DNA of 56,571 nt, from the IMG/VR virus record IMGVR_UViG_3300020352_000005, positions 1-56,571 of that record; one strand, written 5' to 3'. This DNA comes from a virus. Lineage: Duplodnaviria > Caudoviricetes. This document shows, piece after piece, positions 8,528-19,200 of this stretch (position 1 is the first letter of the stretch; the number at the start of each line of letters is the position of its first letter). Under the pieces are notes generated by a model. It did no database searches. It had not been told where the DNA came from and worked only from the letters and a program-made list of their open reading frames with translations. Position numbers and translations under genes: made by a program.

Positions 8528-9749
8528 AGATTACCAACAAAACATAATAGACAAGGGAACACAAGTGCTACTGTCTAAAAAGTTTTTATACTTGTCTATG
8601 GAAGTTAGGACAGGTAAAACACTTACCTCATTAGGAATAATAAATAAAGTGATGAGTGTGAACAATGTGTTGTTCATCACGAAGAAGAAGGCGATAAGTA
8701 GTATTGAAAAAGACTACGAGCTTTTAAATCCAAGCTACAGTATTCAAGTAATTAATTATGAATCTCTGCATAAGGTAGAGCCAAAAGGTTGGGATGCTAT
8801 TGTATGTGACGAAGCTCACGGCATGGGTGCGTTTCCAAAACCTAGCAAACGAGCAAAGCAAGTTCGTGATTTAATACGCAAAAATAATTGTTACGTTATT
8901 TTGCTATCAGGTACACCAACACCTGAGAGTTACAGTCAAATGTATCACCAGGTGTATGGTATACCAAACAATCCTTTCAATAAGTATTCAAACTTTTATA
9001 AGTTCGCTAGAGATTATGTTAGAATAACCACTAAAAGAATTGGTGGTTTTATGGTTAATGATTATTCAAATGCGAAGGATATTATAATAGATGAGATGAA
9101 ACCTTATACAATTTCATACACACAAAAAGAAGCAGGCTTTGAGTCTTCTATTAAAGAAAAAGTTTTGTTTGTAGATGCGCCAGATAAGATACACTCACTA
9201 TGTTCTAAGCTAAAAAAAGATTTAGTAGTTGAAGGTTCTGATGAGGTTATACTTGCAGACACAAGTGTAAAGCTTATGCAGAAGTTACACCAAATGTATA
9301 GTGGTACTGTTAAGTTTGAAAGTGGTAACTCTATGGTGTTAGACTTGTTTAAAGCTCAATACATATACGATAATTTTTGTTGCAATAAAATAGGGATATT
9401 CTACAAGTTTAAAGAAGAGCTTAATGCCATTAAAGAAGTTTATGGAGACCAAGTATGTACAGATCTTGAAGAGTTTAATGAAACAGATAAATCTATAGCC
9501 TTACAAATTGTATCAGGGCGTGAAGGTATATCCTTACGAGAAGCTAAGTATTTAATATATTATAATATAGACTTTAGCGCTACAAGTTATTGGCAGTCTA
9601 GAGATAGAATGACTACAAAAGAAAGACTTGAGAATGAAGTGTTCTGGATTTTTACTGAAGGTGGTATAGAAAGTAAAATATACAAATCAGTAAGTAAGAA
9701 AAAAGATTATACTTTAAATCATTTCAGACGAGATTTATTAACTTTATAA
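8514..9749 (+). CDS. SF2 (SNF2-like) DNA helicase
   Basis: FRDYQ, RTGKT, DEAH, SGTP and QSRDR motifs. Confidence 0.85.
   Translation: MIQFRDYQQNIIDKGTQVLLSKKFLYLSMEVRTGKTLTSLGIINKVMSVNNVLFITKKKAISSIEKDYELLNPSYSIQVINYESLHKVEPKGWDAIVCDEAHGMGAFPKPSKRAKQVRDLIRKNNCYVILLSGTPTPESYSQMYHQVYGIPNNPFNKYSNFYKFARDYVRITTKRIGGFMVNDYSNAKDIIIDEMKPYTISYTQKEAGFESSIKEKVLFVDAPDKIHSLCSKLKKDLVVEGSDEVILADTSVKLMQKLHQMYSGTVKFESGNSMVLDLFKAQYIYDNFCCNKIGIFYKFKEELNAIKEVYGDQVCTDLEEFNETDKSIALQIVSGREGISLREAKYLIYYNIDFSATSYWQSRDRMTTKERLENEVFWIFTEGGIESKIYKSVSKKKDYTLNHFRRDLLTL
8651..8664 (-). repeat. 14-bp dispersed repeat, copy 3 (inverted, inside the helicase CDS)
   Basis: GATGAGTGTGAACA on the + strand; encodes part of VMSVNN. 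Confidence 0.9.
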
Positions 9750-9757
9750 TTAATTAA

Positions 9758-10219
9758 ATGATAGTTAAATTAGACGATTTAGAGGTAGAGCTGTGCGAAT
9801 ATATAGGCAAATTAAGATCTAAAACAGCAAGGTCAAACAACGTAATTGATGCTAAAATGGGAAAACAAAGTGGAGAGCAGGGCGATATTCAAGGGTTCAA
9901 AGCTGAGTACGCTTTTGCTAAAGCTAATAATTTATTTCCAGATTTTGGATTATCACCAAGAAGTGGTAGCGCTGATGGAGTAACGAGAAACAATAATCGT
10001 TATGACATAAAATCTACTCACTACAAAAATGGAAACCTACTGTCTACATTAAAAGTAAATCAAGATATAGATATTTATGTTTTGGCGTATGTAAACAAAA
10101 ACATTGTGGATTTTGTGGGCTGGGCTACCAAAGATGAGTTAATAAAAGAAGAAAACATAAAAAATTTAGGCCATGGTGATGGTTATTTTTTAAGTAGAAA
10201 TAAACTAAATAAAATATGA
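9758..10219 (+). CDS. putative PD-(D/E)XK restriction-like nuclease
   Basis: GFKAEYAF...ADG...YDIKST spacing. Confidence 0.5.
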   Translation: MIVKLDDLEVELCEYIGKLRSKTARSNNVIDAKMGKQSGEQGDIQGFKAEYAFAKANNLFPDFGLSPRSGSADGVTRNNNRYDIKSTHYKNGNLLSTLKVNQDIDIYVLAYVNKNIVDFVGWATKDELIKEENIKNLGHGDGYFLSRNKLNKI

Positions 10220-10401
10220 GATTTATAAAATTTTTATTAATTTGGATTAGCCAAAACCTGGCAGTACCTTTTTGGGTAGTCGGCCATATTCATTTATCAA
10301 TACACGATTTTCATGATGTTATTGAAATATGGTCATCAATAAGCATGAACCTAATAGTTTTTGTAGGTTTCATGTATGATTATGAAAGCCGAGATGACTG
10401 A
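10216..10401 (+). CDS. small membrane protein
   Basis: Two hydrophobic segments; ATGA overlap. Confidence 0.6.
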   Translation: MRFIKFLLIWISQNLAVPFWVVGHIHLSIHDFHDVIEIWSSISMNLIVFVGFMYDYESRDD

Positions 10402-10639
10402 ACAACAAATACAAGCTAAAAGAATTAAGGAGTTAGAAGCCGAAGGCTACTATGTAATCAAGTTAGTTAAAACTAATAAGAATGGAATTCCTGATCTTAT
10501 AGCTATACCACCTAATTGTGGTGTATTATTTTCAGAAGTAAAAAAGCCAAAGGGCAGGGTGTCTGCTCTACAAGAATATAGACTTAAAGAATTAGAAAAA
10601 CATGGATGTAAAACAGAAGTATACAGAGGAGGAATTTGA
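10394..10639 (+). CDS. VRR-NUC domain nuclease
   Basis: MTEQQIQ, GIPDL, EVKKPKG and SALQ motifs. Confidence 0.85.
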   Translation: MTEQQIQAKRIKELEAEGYYVIKLVKTNKNGIPDLIAIPPNCGVLFSEVKKPKGRVSALQEYRLKELEKHGCKTEVYRGGI

Positions 10640-10913
10640 AATAGATGAGCATTTTATTCAGCAGATGCAAGAATTTAAAGGAGGCGCATCAATAAAAATT
10701 GCAAGCCTAGTTGATAAGATGTATGGGATTGAATCAACCAAAGGACAGATTAAAAACAAAACAGGACATGTAAACATGGATAACAATGAGCCTGTGTTTT
10801 TTGCTATAGATTATTATAGAGATGATGAAGGGCCTATTGTTCTTGTTGATGTATACAATATAGAAGTAGACCAATATCTAGATTCAATTAACGCTAATAT
10901 AAATATAAAATGA
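10602..10913 (+). CDS. hypothetical protein
   Basis: 103-aa ORF in the operon. Confidence 0.65.
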   Translation: MDVKQKYTEEEFEIDEHFIQQMQEFKGGASIKIASLVDKMYGIESTKGQIKNKTGHVNMDNNEPVFFAIDYYRDDEGPIVLVDVYNIEVDQYLDSINANINIK

Positions 10914-11266
10914 AAAGAGGAGAACTGTTTGACTACGTTATAGATGCTGTTGAATATTCTTCAGGCATTAGAAACATAAAAGAAAAGACCAGACAAAGAG
11001 AGTTCGTTGATGCAAGGCGAATTGCTTATCATATTTTAAGAACCCTGCATGGATTGCCGCTGCAGGCAATAGCAACTGAGTTTAATAAAAACCATGCGTC
11101 AGTTATAAATGGACTAAGAGATGTAGAGTTTTTAATTAAAACAGATTCTTATTTTAAAGAAACATATGATAGAACTTTAAAGCAGCTTGCTAGGGGAAAT
11201 TTTAGAAAAGAACAAATATTAAAGGAAATAAAAGAACTACAAGAAGAGTTTTTAACAATAAATTAA
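10910..11266 (+). CDS. DnaA C-terminal (domain IV)-like HTH protein
   Basis: KTRQREFVDARRIAYHILR...LQAIATEFNKNHASVINGL matches the DnaA domain IV signature (RDHTTV-like). Confidence 0.75.
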   Translation: MKRGELFDYVIDAVEYSSGIRNIKEKTRQREFVDARRIAYHILRTLHGLPLQAIATEFNKNHASVINGLRDVEFLIKTDSYFKETYDRTLKQLARGNFRKEQILKEIKELQEEFLTIN

Positions 11267-11272
11267 GACAAT

Positions 11273-11503
11273 ATGGAGTATAAATATAGTGATATCGAAA
11301 AAGTATTAGAATTTAAAACTTGGTCAAACAAAAGAAAAATAGACGAGTTATTTAGAATTGATTGCGAAATGTATACAAATCTAGGGACTGATTCCACTAA
11401 AACAGAACGAGAAAAGGTAAAAGCGAAGTCTAAAGCTATTTATAAGACTGTAGCAAAAATAGATGCTTCTGTAGGAAAACACTTATTGCTTAGCATGGAC
11501 TGA
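11273..11503 (+). CDS. hypothetical protein
   Basis: 76-aa ORF. Confidence 0.65.
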   Translation: MEYKYSDIEKVLEFKTWSNKRKIDELFRIDCEMYTNLGTDSTKTEREKVKAKSKAIYKTVAKIDASVGKHLLLSMD

Positions 11504-11571
11504 TTTTTTTGTGTATAACTTTTAGTATTTTTTTAAAGAAATATTTGTAATTTTAGGAAACACCATTACAA

Positions 11572-11760
11572 ATGTCAATACACAAAAACAGTAGGAACTC
11601 AATTAACTTTATCAATCTGTTGATGAAAAACATCAACAACCTAACCGATGACATATACGAATCATTGATGGATGAGGACTATATTTCTTTGAATGCCTCA
11701 ATCAGGGAGCTTCAGTCTGTTTTGCGTGAGACGCAAAAATTAACAGAAGATGAAATATAG
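11572..11760 (+). CDS. hypothetical protein
   Basis: 62-aa ORF. Confidence 0.55.
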   Translation: MSIHKNSRNSINFINLLMKNINNLTDDIYESLMDEDYISLNASIRELQSVLRETQKLTEDEI

Positions 11761-12766
11761 ACCAAGGTTAAGTGATGTAGAGTATGAGTTAATTAAGAAA
11801 CACAGGGCTTTACAAAAAGAATGCGAACTAACAGGCATTCCAATGAAAGATGTCGATCATTATTGGCATAAAGGAAAACACTTCTCATTACATGTAAAAA
11901 ACAAAGGAGTATCTCCAGAAGAGCTTAGAGATGATATTATAGCAGCGATGGATAAGCATTCTCCTAGCTATAAAAAAATCAAAAGAAAAAAATGCGAGAA
12001 TGGACACCTGCTAGTTATAGATCCTGCAGATATACATATAGGAAAGCTTTCTTCTAGTTTTGAGACAGGTGAAGATTATGACTCGCAAATTGCAGTCAAA
12101 AGAGTTAAGAAAGGCGTAAAAGGAATACTAGAAAAATCAAACGGATTTAATATAGATAAAATACTTTTTGTGGGAGGAAACGACATACTTCATATCGATA
12201 CTCCTAAAAGAGTTACTACAGCAGGAACTCCACAAGATACACACGGAATGTGGTATGACAATTTTCTTACGGCTAAAAAACTTTATGTAGATATACTAGA
12301 AACATTAATAGGTGTAGCAGATGTACACTTCGTATACAATCCAAGTAACCACGATTACATGTCTGGTTTTATGTTGTCAGACTCAATACAGTCTTGGTTT
12401 AGAAAGTCCAAGAACATTACATTTGATTGCAGCATAGCTCATAGAAAAGGTTTTGTTTATGGAAAAAACCTAATAGGAACTACTCATGGAGATGGAGCTA
12501 AACTAGCTGACCTTCCATTAATAATGGCTAATGAGTTTTCTCAGGAGTGGGCTGAAACAAAACATAGATATGTATACACGCATCACGTTCATCACAAACA
12601 AAGTAAAGACTATCACGGAATCACAGTAGAGTCTCTTCGTTCTCCAAGTGGAACAGATTCTTGGCATCATAGAAACGGATATGGTGTAGGAGGTGTTAAG
12701 GCTGTAGAAGGTTTTGTACACTCTAAACAACATGGACAAGTAGCAAGATTAACACATATATTTTAA
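11750..12766 (+). CDS. calcineurin-like metallophosphoesterase
   Basis: DIH, GNDILH, SNHD, HGD and HHVHH metal-binding motifs. Confidence 0.8.
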   Translation: MKYRPRLSDVEYELIKKHRALQKECELTGIPMKDVDHYWHKGKHFSLHVKNKGVSPEELRDDIIAAMDKHSPSYKKIKRKKCENGHLLVIDPADIHIGKLSSSFETGEDYDSQIAVKRVKKGVKGILEKSNGFNIDKILFVGGNDILHIDTPKRVTTAGTPQDTHGMWYDNFLTAKKLYVDILETLIGVADVHFVYNPSNHDYMSGFMLSDSIQSWFRKSKNITFDCSIAHRKGFVYGKNLIGTTHGDGAKLADLPLIMANEFSQEWAETKHRYVYTHHVHHKQSKDYHGITVESLRSPSGTDSWHHRNGYGVGGVKAVEGFVHSKQHGQVARLTHIF

Positions 12767-12768
12767 TT

Positions 12769-12864
12769 ATGAAAAAAGAAAAATGCACTAAAATATCCGC
12801 ATGGATAATTGTACTTATGGCGACATATTTTATTTGGTCTAATATTTATAGACTCATATTTTAA
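12769..12864 (+). CDS. 31-aa membrane peptide
   Basis: MKKEKCTKISAWIIVLMATYFIWSNIYRLIF; ATG 2 nt after the previous stop (read by hand). Confidence 0.45.
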   Translation: MKKEKCTKISAWIIVLMATYFIWSNIYRLIF

Positions 12865-12887
12865 ATTAAATTAAAATAAAGAAACAA

Positions 12888-13205
12888 ATGATTAAACCAG
12901 AATGGCTCTTTATGGATAAGGCTAAACAAAGAAAAAAAACTCCAGTTTATACAGGAGTATTAATGTATTTTCCAGACGCTATAAAAGAAATAGCTAAATG
13001 TAGTTATGCAGGACAACAACAACACAATCCTGACCTTCCATTACATTGGGACAGAGATAAGTCAGGAGACGAATTAGACGCCCTTACAAGGCACTTAATG
13101 GAATGTGGTACTGTAGATACAGATGGAATAAGACACTCGGCTAAAGTAGCTTGGAGAGCCTTAGCTAACCTACAAAAAGAAATAGAAAATGAAAGATCAT
13201 ATTAA
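12888..13205 (+). CDS. dATP/dGTP diphosphohydrolase-like protein (DUF5664)
   Basis: YFPDAIKEIAKCS..G..QH, DALTRHL and HSAKVAWRALA motifs. Confidence 0.7.
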   Translation: MIKPEWLFMDKAKQRKKTPVYTGVLMYFPDAIKEIAKCSYAGQQQHNPDLPLHWDRDKSGDELDALTRHLMECGTVDTDGIRHSAKVAWRALANLQKEIENERSY

Positions 13206-13296
13206 AGAACAAATACTAAAAGAAAAATACAAGCCAAAGCCTAATTATAATTTGATAAGAAAGCTTCAACAGCTTCTAGATAAGAAAAAAACCTAA
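13189..13296 (+). CDS. 35-aa basic peptide
   Basis: MKDHIKEQILKEKYKPKPNYNLIRKLQQLLDKKKT; last gene of the + arm, stop overlaps the convergent gene stop. Confidence 0.4.
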   Translation: MKDHIKEQILKEKYKPKPNYNLIRKLQQLLDKKKT

Positions 13297-16200
13297 AGGT
13301 TCTCTAGCTCTTTTTCTAGAGCCTTTAATTCTTTTTCTATATTTATCTCGTCATAACTCTTAGGCGCTTTGTTTCTTTTTTGAAACTCTTTTTGCTTCAT
13401 AAATCTGTTGTATTCTTTAATATCGTAAAACTTTAATTCTTCTAAAGTAAAAGGTTTAACCTTGTCGCCTTCTTTAAATTCTTCTTCTAAAAACCCTTTT
13501 CTTATATCTCTATAGAAAGGAACCCCTCCAAAGATGTTGGCCATTTCAATAGCTGTTCTGCTTGAAAATAATTTATCTAAATTTTCTTGTCTACTTTCCT
13601 CTGTTGCATTATTAGCGTATCTAAGGCCTAGTTTAGCAACTCTTAGCGCTGATTTTGCGTAAGGATTAAAAGGACCAGACAACTGAAGCAATGTAGCTTC
13701 TTCTAAATTTCTAGCAGCATTCGATGGGTTTATAGTGGCGTACACAAGACCATGTTGCAAGCCATTATATTCTTCTTCTGACCTTAGCCCAACTTCGTAT
13801 CCATACTCTTTGTTTAAAGACTCTATAGCAAAGTTTAATGGAATCATCGGTATGTTTCCAGTTACACCTCTTGAAATTAATGATGTAGCAGCTCCCACGA
13901 CCTGTCGAAAACCTAGTTCTTCATAATCTGTATCGTCTTCATCTCCAATACCTAGCATTCCAAACATTGCTCCGTTTAGATATCTTAATAGCATTACATA
14001 CATAGACATTCTAACTCCAACTCCTGCTAATGTTGATGCGCCCCTAACTACTCCTAACTGACCTTGTCCTGCCATTGAGGCTACCGCTTGTCTAGCCGTT
14101 GCATATTCATTAAGACTAAATCTAGACATATATCCATTTACCATTCTGTAAAAGTTCATCATGCCTTCACTATCTTGAGCTTGATTTTTTAGCACCGAAG
14201 AAAATGGGTCATTGGATGTTGCAGCCATAGTCACGTTTTGATCTGCCTTGTTCGTTGCTTTTTGAATTGCGTCTTTATACTTGTTTATGTAGTCTGAATC
14301 GTTTTCAGCTATTTTGTCGAAGTCTACTTTTGAACCTGTTTCAGCTTTAAATGTTTTTGCAAAAGTACCAAACCATAAAGGCCTAGATATGTATTGGTCA
14401 GGTTTTGTTACTAATGTCTCCCCTATTTTTGATACAGCTTTTGGAACGTGCTTTATTCCTGTGTTTCTTACAACATATTCTACTGTTTGACCTACGCCAC
14501 CTTTAGCTCTAGGTGACGATTTCTTTTTCGTAATTCCTTGAGAATCTGCTTTTGAACCACCTAATTGCTCGTCTGAATATAATTTTGTGTTTTGCGTGGA
14601 TGATACATTCTCGACAACAGCCCTTCCTTTATTAGTCATAGAAAGCTTTCCATATGTCGTAGACCCTATAGCAAATTCTCCAGGCGCTGCTAATGCTGCG
14701 AAAGCAAGGTTAGAAGCATATTCAGCTCCTGCCCTTGGAACAGACGCTAATGTTGAATAGTAGCCAAGCGTTCTAGCATTGTTGAGTAGCTTGCCACCTA
14801 ACACCGTGCTACTCATGTTGTTTGTAACCACGTTGTTTAGGGCCTCGCTATAAATTTTGTTTAAATCTAATACAGCCTCATTAAGTTGGTCTTGCTGTTC
14901 GTCTGTTTTAGACTCATCATTTTTTGTCATATTCTTTAAAGCAGCCATTGATTGTCTAGTGGTAGATATCTCATTACTCATAAAATAATCCATACCTGTA
15001 TTTCTAGTTGCTCTTAAAGCAGTTGTTATAGGATCAAAGTCTATGGCTGTTGCTCCTGACCTTGCAAAAGACGTGCTTGATTTTGTCCCTGGTTTTAAGC
15101 TTAAAAAATTTATTGCATTTTGAAAATTAGCATCGTCTCTTTCCTCACCTTTATAATCCGCCTTGTGGTGGACATAATTATTTACCAAGTCAAGCTCATT
15201 ACCTCTAACAATTCTAGTTGCATAAGATTGAAGCTCTCCTAGTCCTGAATAAACCCCTTGTAGCAAACCTAATGCTTTTTTGGTTTTTGTAGACATAGCA
15301 TCCTCCATCTTTTTGAGGGATATCTGCCCATCTTCACTATATTCTTGTGCTATTTTATTAAGTATAGCTATACTATTTTCATTATACTTGCTAGCTTTTT
15401 TATCAGAATTATATCTAGCTATAGTGTCTTCTATAAACTTTATTGCTGGGTTTGTACCTTTTTTGTTTGGATTAGACTCGTATTCTAGCTGAAGCAAGTA
15501 TGTTGTTAATTCAAATCTTCTTTTTACCGATTGATTTATACCTTCTTTTCTACTAGGTGCTATTAAAGACTCTATTGCGTCAATAATGTCAGTCTGTCCG
15601 TTAATCCAATTTTTAAATCTAGCGTGCGCTTGTGCAGTAGGTCGTATAGCATTTTCATATATAGTATTGTTTTTATAGTTCCCAAACATTTGATCCATCA
15701 CACTTAGTGGGTTTGACCTAATCATTTGACCTCTAATACCCACTTGTTTAGCAGCTCTTGAAGAACCAAATCCAACCTTTCCTAATCCATTTTTTACACT
15801 AGCAGCTGCATACTGTCTCATTGTAGAAAGCTTTCCTTTTACTGTAAACATTTTATCTAAAATAGGCTTCATATTGGTAGACCTATCATTAGCAGCTACC
15901 TTTTGTGCTATGTTGTTTGTGAAGTGCGTGTAAAACCCTTCGGACATGTTGTCTAAATATACATCCAACTGAGACAGTTCTTTCCCTGTAAGCATAGCTA
16001 ACTGACCTTTGTTTAATCCTCTTAAAGTTCTAGGGCCTACACTTTGTTCTAAAGAAATTTTGCTTAGATTATTTAAGTTTACGTTTCTAGATTTTTTAGC
16101 AGTATTGTTTATAAGCTTTTGTCTATTCTCTGCATAATCATTTAACTCTTGAACAAGCTCTGAGTTGTTCTCGTTTTCTGCTGAGTTTACTTTGTCAACA

Positions 16201-19200
16201 AGAATCTCCAATGTCCCTGAGTCTAATGAGTCTAATTTATTTTGTATAAAATCAGAGTTTTCTTCTATAATAGTTTCACCGCTTACCTCTGGATTTAGTA
16301 TGTTATCTACTGCCTGTTTATCTTTTGCCGTTGATACTTTTTCAACTATATTTTGCTCTGTTTTTATTTTTGGAGCTAACGAATTAAGCAGGTCATTTGC
16401 TTCTTTAACCAACTCATTGTCTAGCTTTCTTTTTGGGTCTCTTTTAGTTACTTTTTGCAAAAACTCATTATATGCTTTTATTTCAGCTGAACTTAAGTCA
16501 GTTGTAGGAGTTAAAATTATTTGAGATATAGCTCCGCTTAAGTTTCCATTATCTCCATACTCACCTTTATTTACTTTTTTTGTAGCTCTCGTTTTTAGCT
16601 TATTTGCTATATCTACATCATTTGCAAAATCTGCATCAGAAAATACCTTCTCTACATATTGCTCAACCTTTTTAACAGCAGCAGGATTGTCTAAATTTAA
16701 GTTAGGGTTGTTAACTTTATTTAAAACAGCTCTAAGTTGAGCGGCAGTAATTTTACCCTTTCTTTTTTTAGCATAAGCTTTTATTCCATCATTAAGACTT
16801 TTTCTTTTCTGCTTCAAATCCATTTTCTTTTCTCGAGCAGATTGATTCCATGCTTTCCAAAATCTTTTTCTTTGTGCATTTTCTTTTTCAGGCTTGGCCA
16901 TGTCTTGATTGGTAGTGCTTTTGGTGGAAGCTAATATGGCCTTATATGTATCGGCTGTAACAGTTTGACTATTTGTTTTAGCAATGGCCTCTACTTCAGC
17001 TTGAACATCAGCCTGAGAGCCTGCGTATAAATCTATATCTGCATTGCTGAACTCTTTATCTCCTCTAGCAATTTTGATAGCTAAAGCTCTTTCTCGTGAC
17101 TTATCTTTAGGAATGTTCTTTTTCTTTTGTGCAATTGCTTTGTCAATAGCTTCTTGATTTTCAGCATAAAATTGAAGGGCATCATCAGAAAACTGAGTAG
17201 TTCCATCTTGCTCAATAATTCTATTAGCAAAAGACTCAACCTTGTTGTTCACACTCATCACCTCTTTTTCGCTAGAGGTTTCAGCTATCTGTTCAGTATC
17301 TGTCTGCGTAGTCGTGTTGCTAGTTTGGTCGGTTTCCGTTTCCGTTTCGGTGTCACCCTCTGGGGTAACGCTTGATTCAACGTCTCCTTCTCCCACTTGT
17401 CGCAGTCCCACTTCGGACTCTGCCCCATCTTTTTTGCTTGCTGCATCATCTGGTAACACTTGCTTCTCTGTGCTTGGCTCTTGAATGGCATCTTCTTGTT
17501 TTTTATCGGTTTTTAAATCTTTTTTAGTTAGGTCTGTATATTCTAACTTTTCGTCTACATCCATTATGCTAAAGTTATCTATAGCTCTTTGAGTTATAGC
17601 TCCATCATCTATGGTGTAGTTTTTTTCTCCCCTATCTTCTGCCTCTTTTTTAAGTTCTTTTGCAGCTTCGTCTTTTAATTTTAGCTTACCTTTTGCATTG
17701 ACATAATCAAATTGAGTTCGTGTTGTTATTTCATTTCTCAGTTCTTGTATTTTTTCATCTATCTCTGGATGAAATGATTTATCTCTTTTCTTTTTTAACT
17801 GCTCTTGTTTTTGAATTTCGTTAATTGACTGCATTACAACCAATGAAGTTTCAGGACTCAGGTTTGTGGGTATGCTGTTTATGGTATTTACATAGATATC
17901 AATGTCTGACAACAAGTTAGAAACCTGCTCTTCGGAATATACGCCTTGAGTTACCATACTGTTCAAAAACTCTTTTGTCTTATCTACATCTTGAGACAAA
18001 CCATGTAGAGCTTCCAATCTGTCAATTGCGGCTGCACCTGGATTAAAATTAGCTTTAATAGATTTAGATGTGGATGATGCAAGATCACCGCCAAAAGGCA
18101 TTATAAGCCCTGCAAGCCCTGCTAATATTGTGGTATTAGTGTATTCAGCACCTGTTATGGTGTTGTTCATTATTTCTTTCCTAGCAACTTCATTTACATT
18201 TTCTGCAATTACAAAAGCTTGACCTGCCTGTTGCACGTTTTCTTGAAATATTTCTTTAACACTTTCTTTTACATATACAGGATAATTTTGAACTACTTTT
18301 TGTTGTATTCTTTTGAAGTAAGCGTTAAGGCCTTTCTCTCCTCCTTTTTCATAAGCATCTACAAGTCCTCTTGTTAACTTTTCAGTTCCTTTTTTACCAA
18401 AAATTTTATTCATAGCTACTGTCTGTGTAGATATTGGTGCTGTTAATGAACCTAAAGCAAACCCCTGCGCACCTGCTTTTTGTCTTAGCTCTACTGCTGT
18501 AGCCTGATCAATTCCGTTTGCAATAGCTTGGTCATATGTACTACTAGCTAAATTTGTAGAAAACAATGTTCCCTGAGCAATCATAGCAGATGCTGTAGTG
18601 CCTTTCATTGGTATACTAGATAATCCACTTACAACTTTTCTACCTTTATCAAAATTACCTAGAAGAGCAGCTCCACCTCTACCTACGTTTCCAACACCAC
18701 GAGTAAGAGCTATTTGTAATAGCATGTCACTTGCTATTCCTGTAGTCGCTATTACTGTACCTGAACCACTAAAGCTTTTAAATTCTTTATCGCTTTGAGC
18801 AACTTCTCTTCTTATGGAGTCAGCCATTGCTTCAGTCAAAACGTTTGTAACATTTTTCTTTATACCTAAATCATATATCTGACCTCTTTCATCAATACCA
18901 TATTCTCGACCATTGTAAAAGGCTTTTTTTCCAGAAGCATAAGCATACCTCATAAAATCATCTCTCTCTAAATCATCTTGAGCATCTCGCATTCGTATTT
19001 CATCAGCCACACTATTCATTCCAATAAGTCCATAAGTGCCTTTTGAAAAGCTATGTATTCTATCTTCTACAGAACGCCAACCTTGTTTTACCGATTGTGT
19101 AAACCAAGGGTTCTCTCCATCTAAATATCTCTGATAGTTTTCTTGATTTTCAATATCTTGGTTTTTTAGTTTAGCAGTTAATGATGGAAACTGTTTTTCA

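Noticed and set aside
1428-12739. - strand ORFs within the early arm (1428, 1615, 3467, 4114, 5630, 6107, 12518)
   Set aside because: They are antisense to well-supported genes, with no promoter or family signal.
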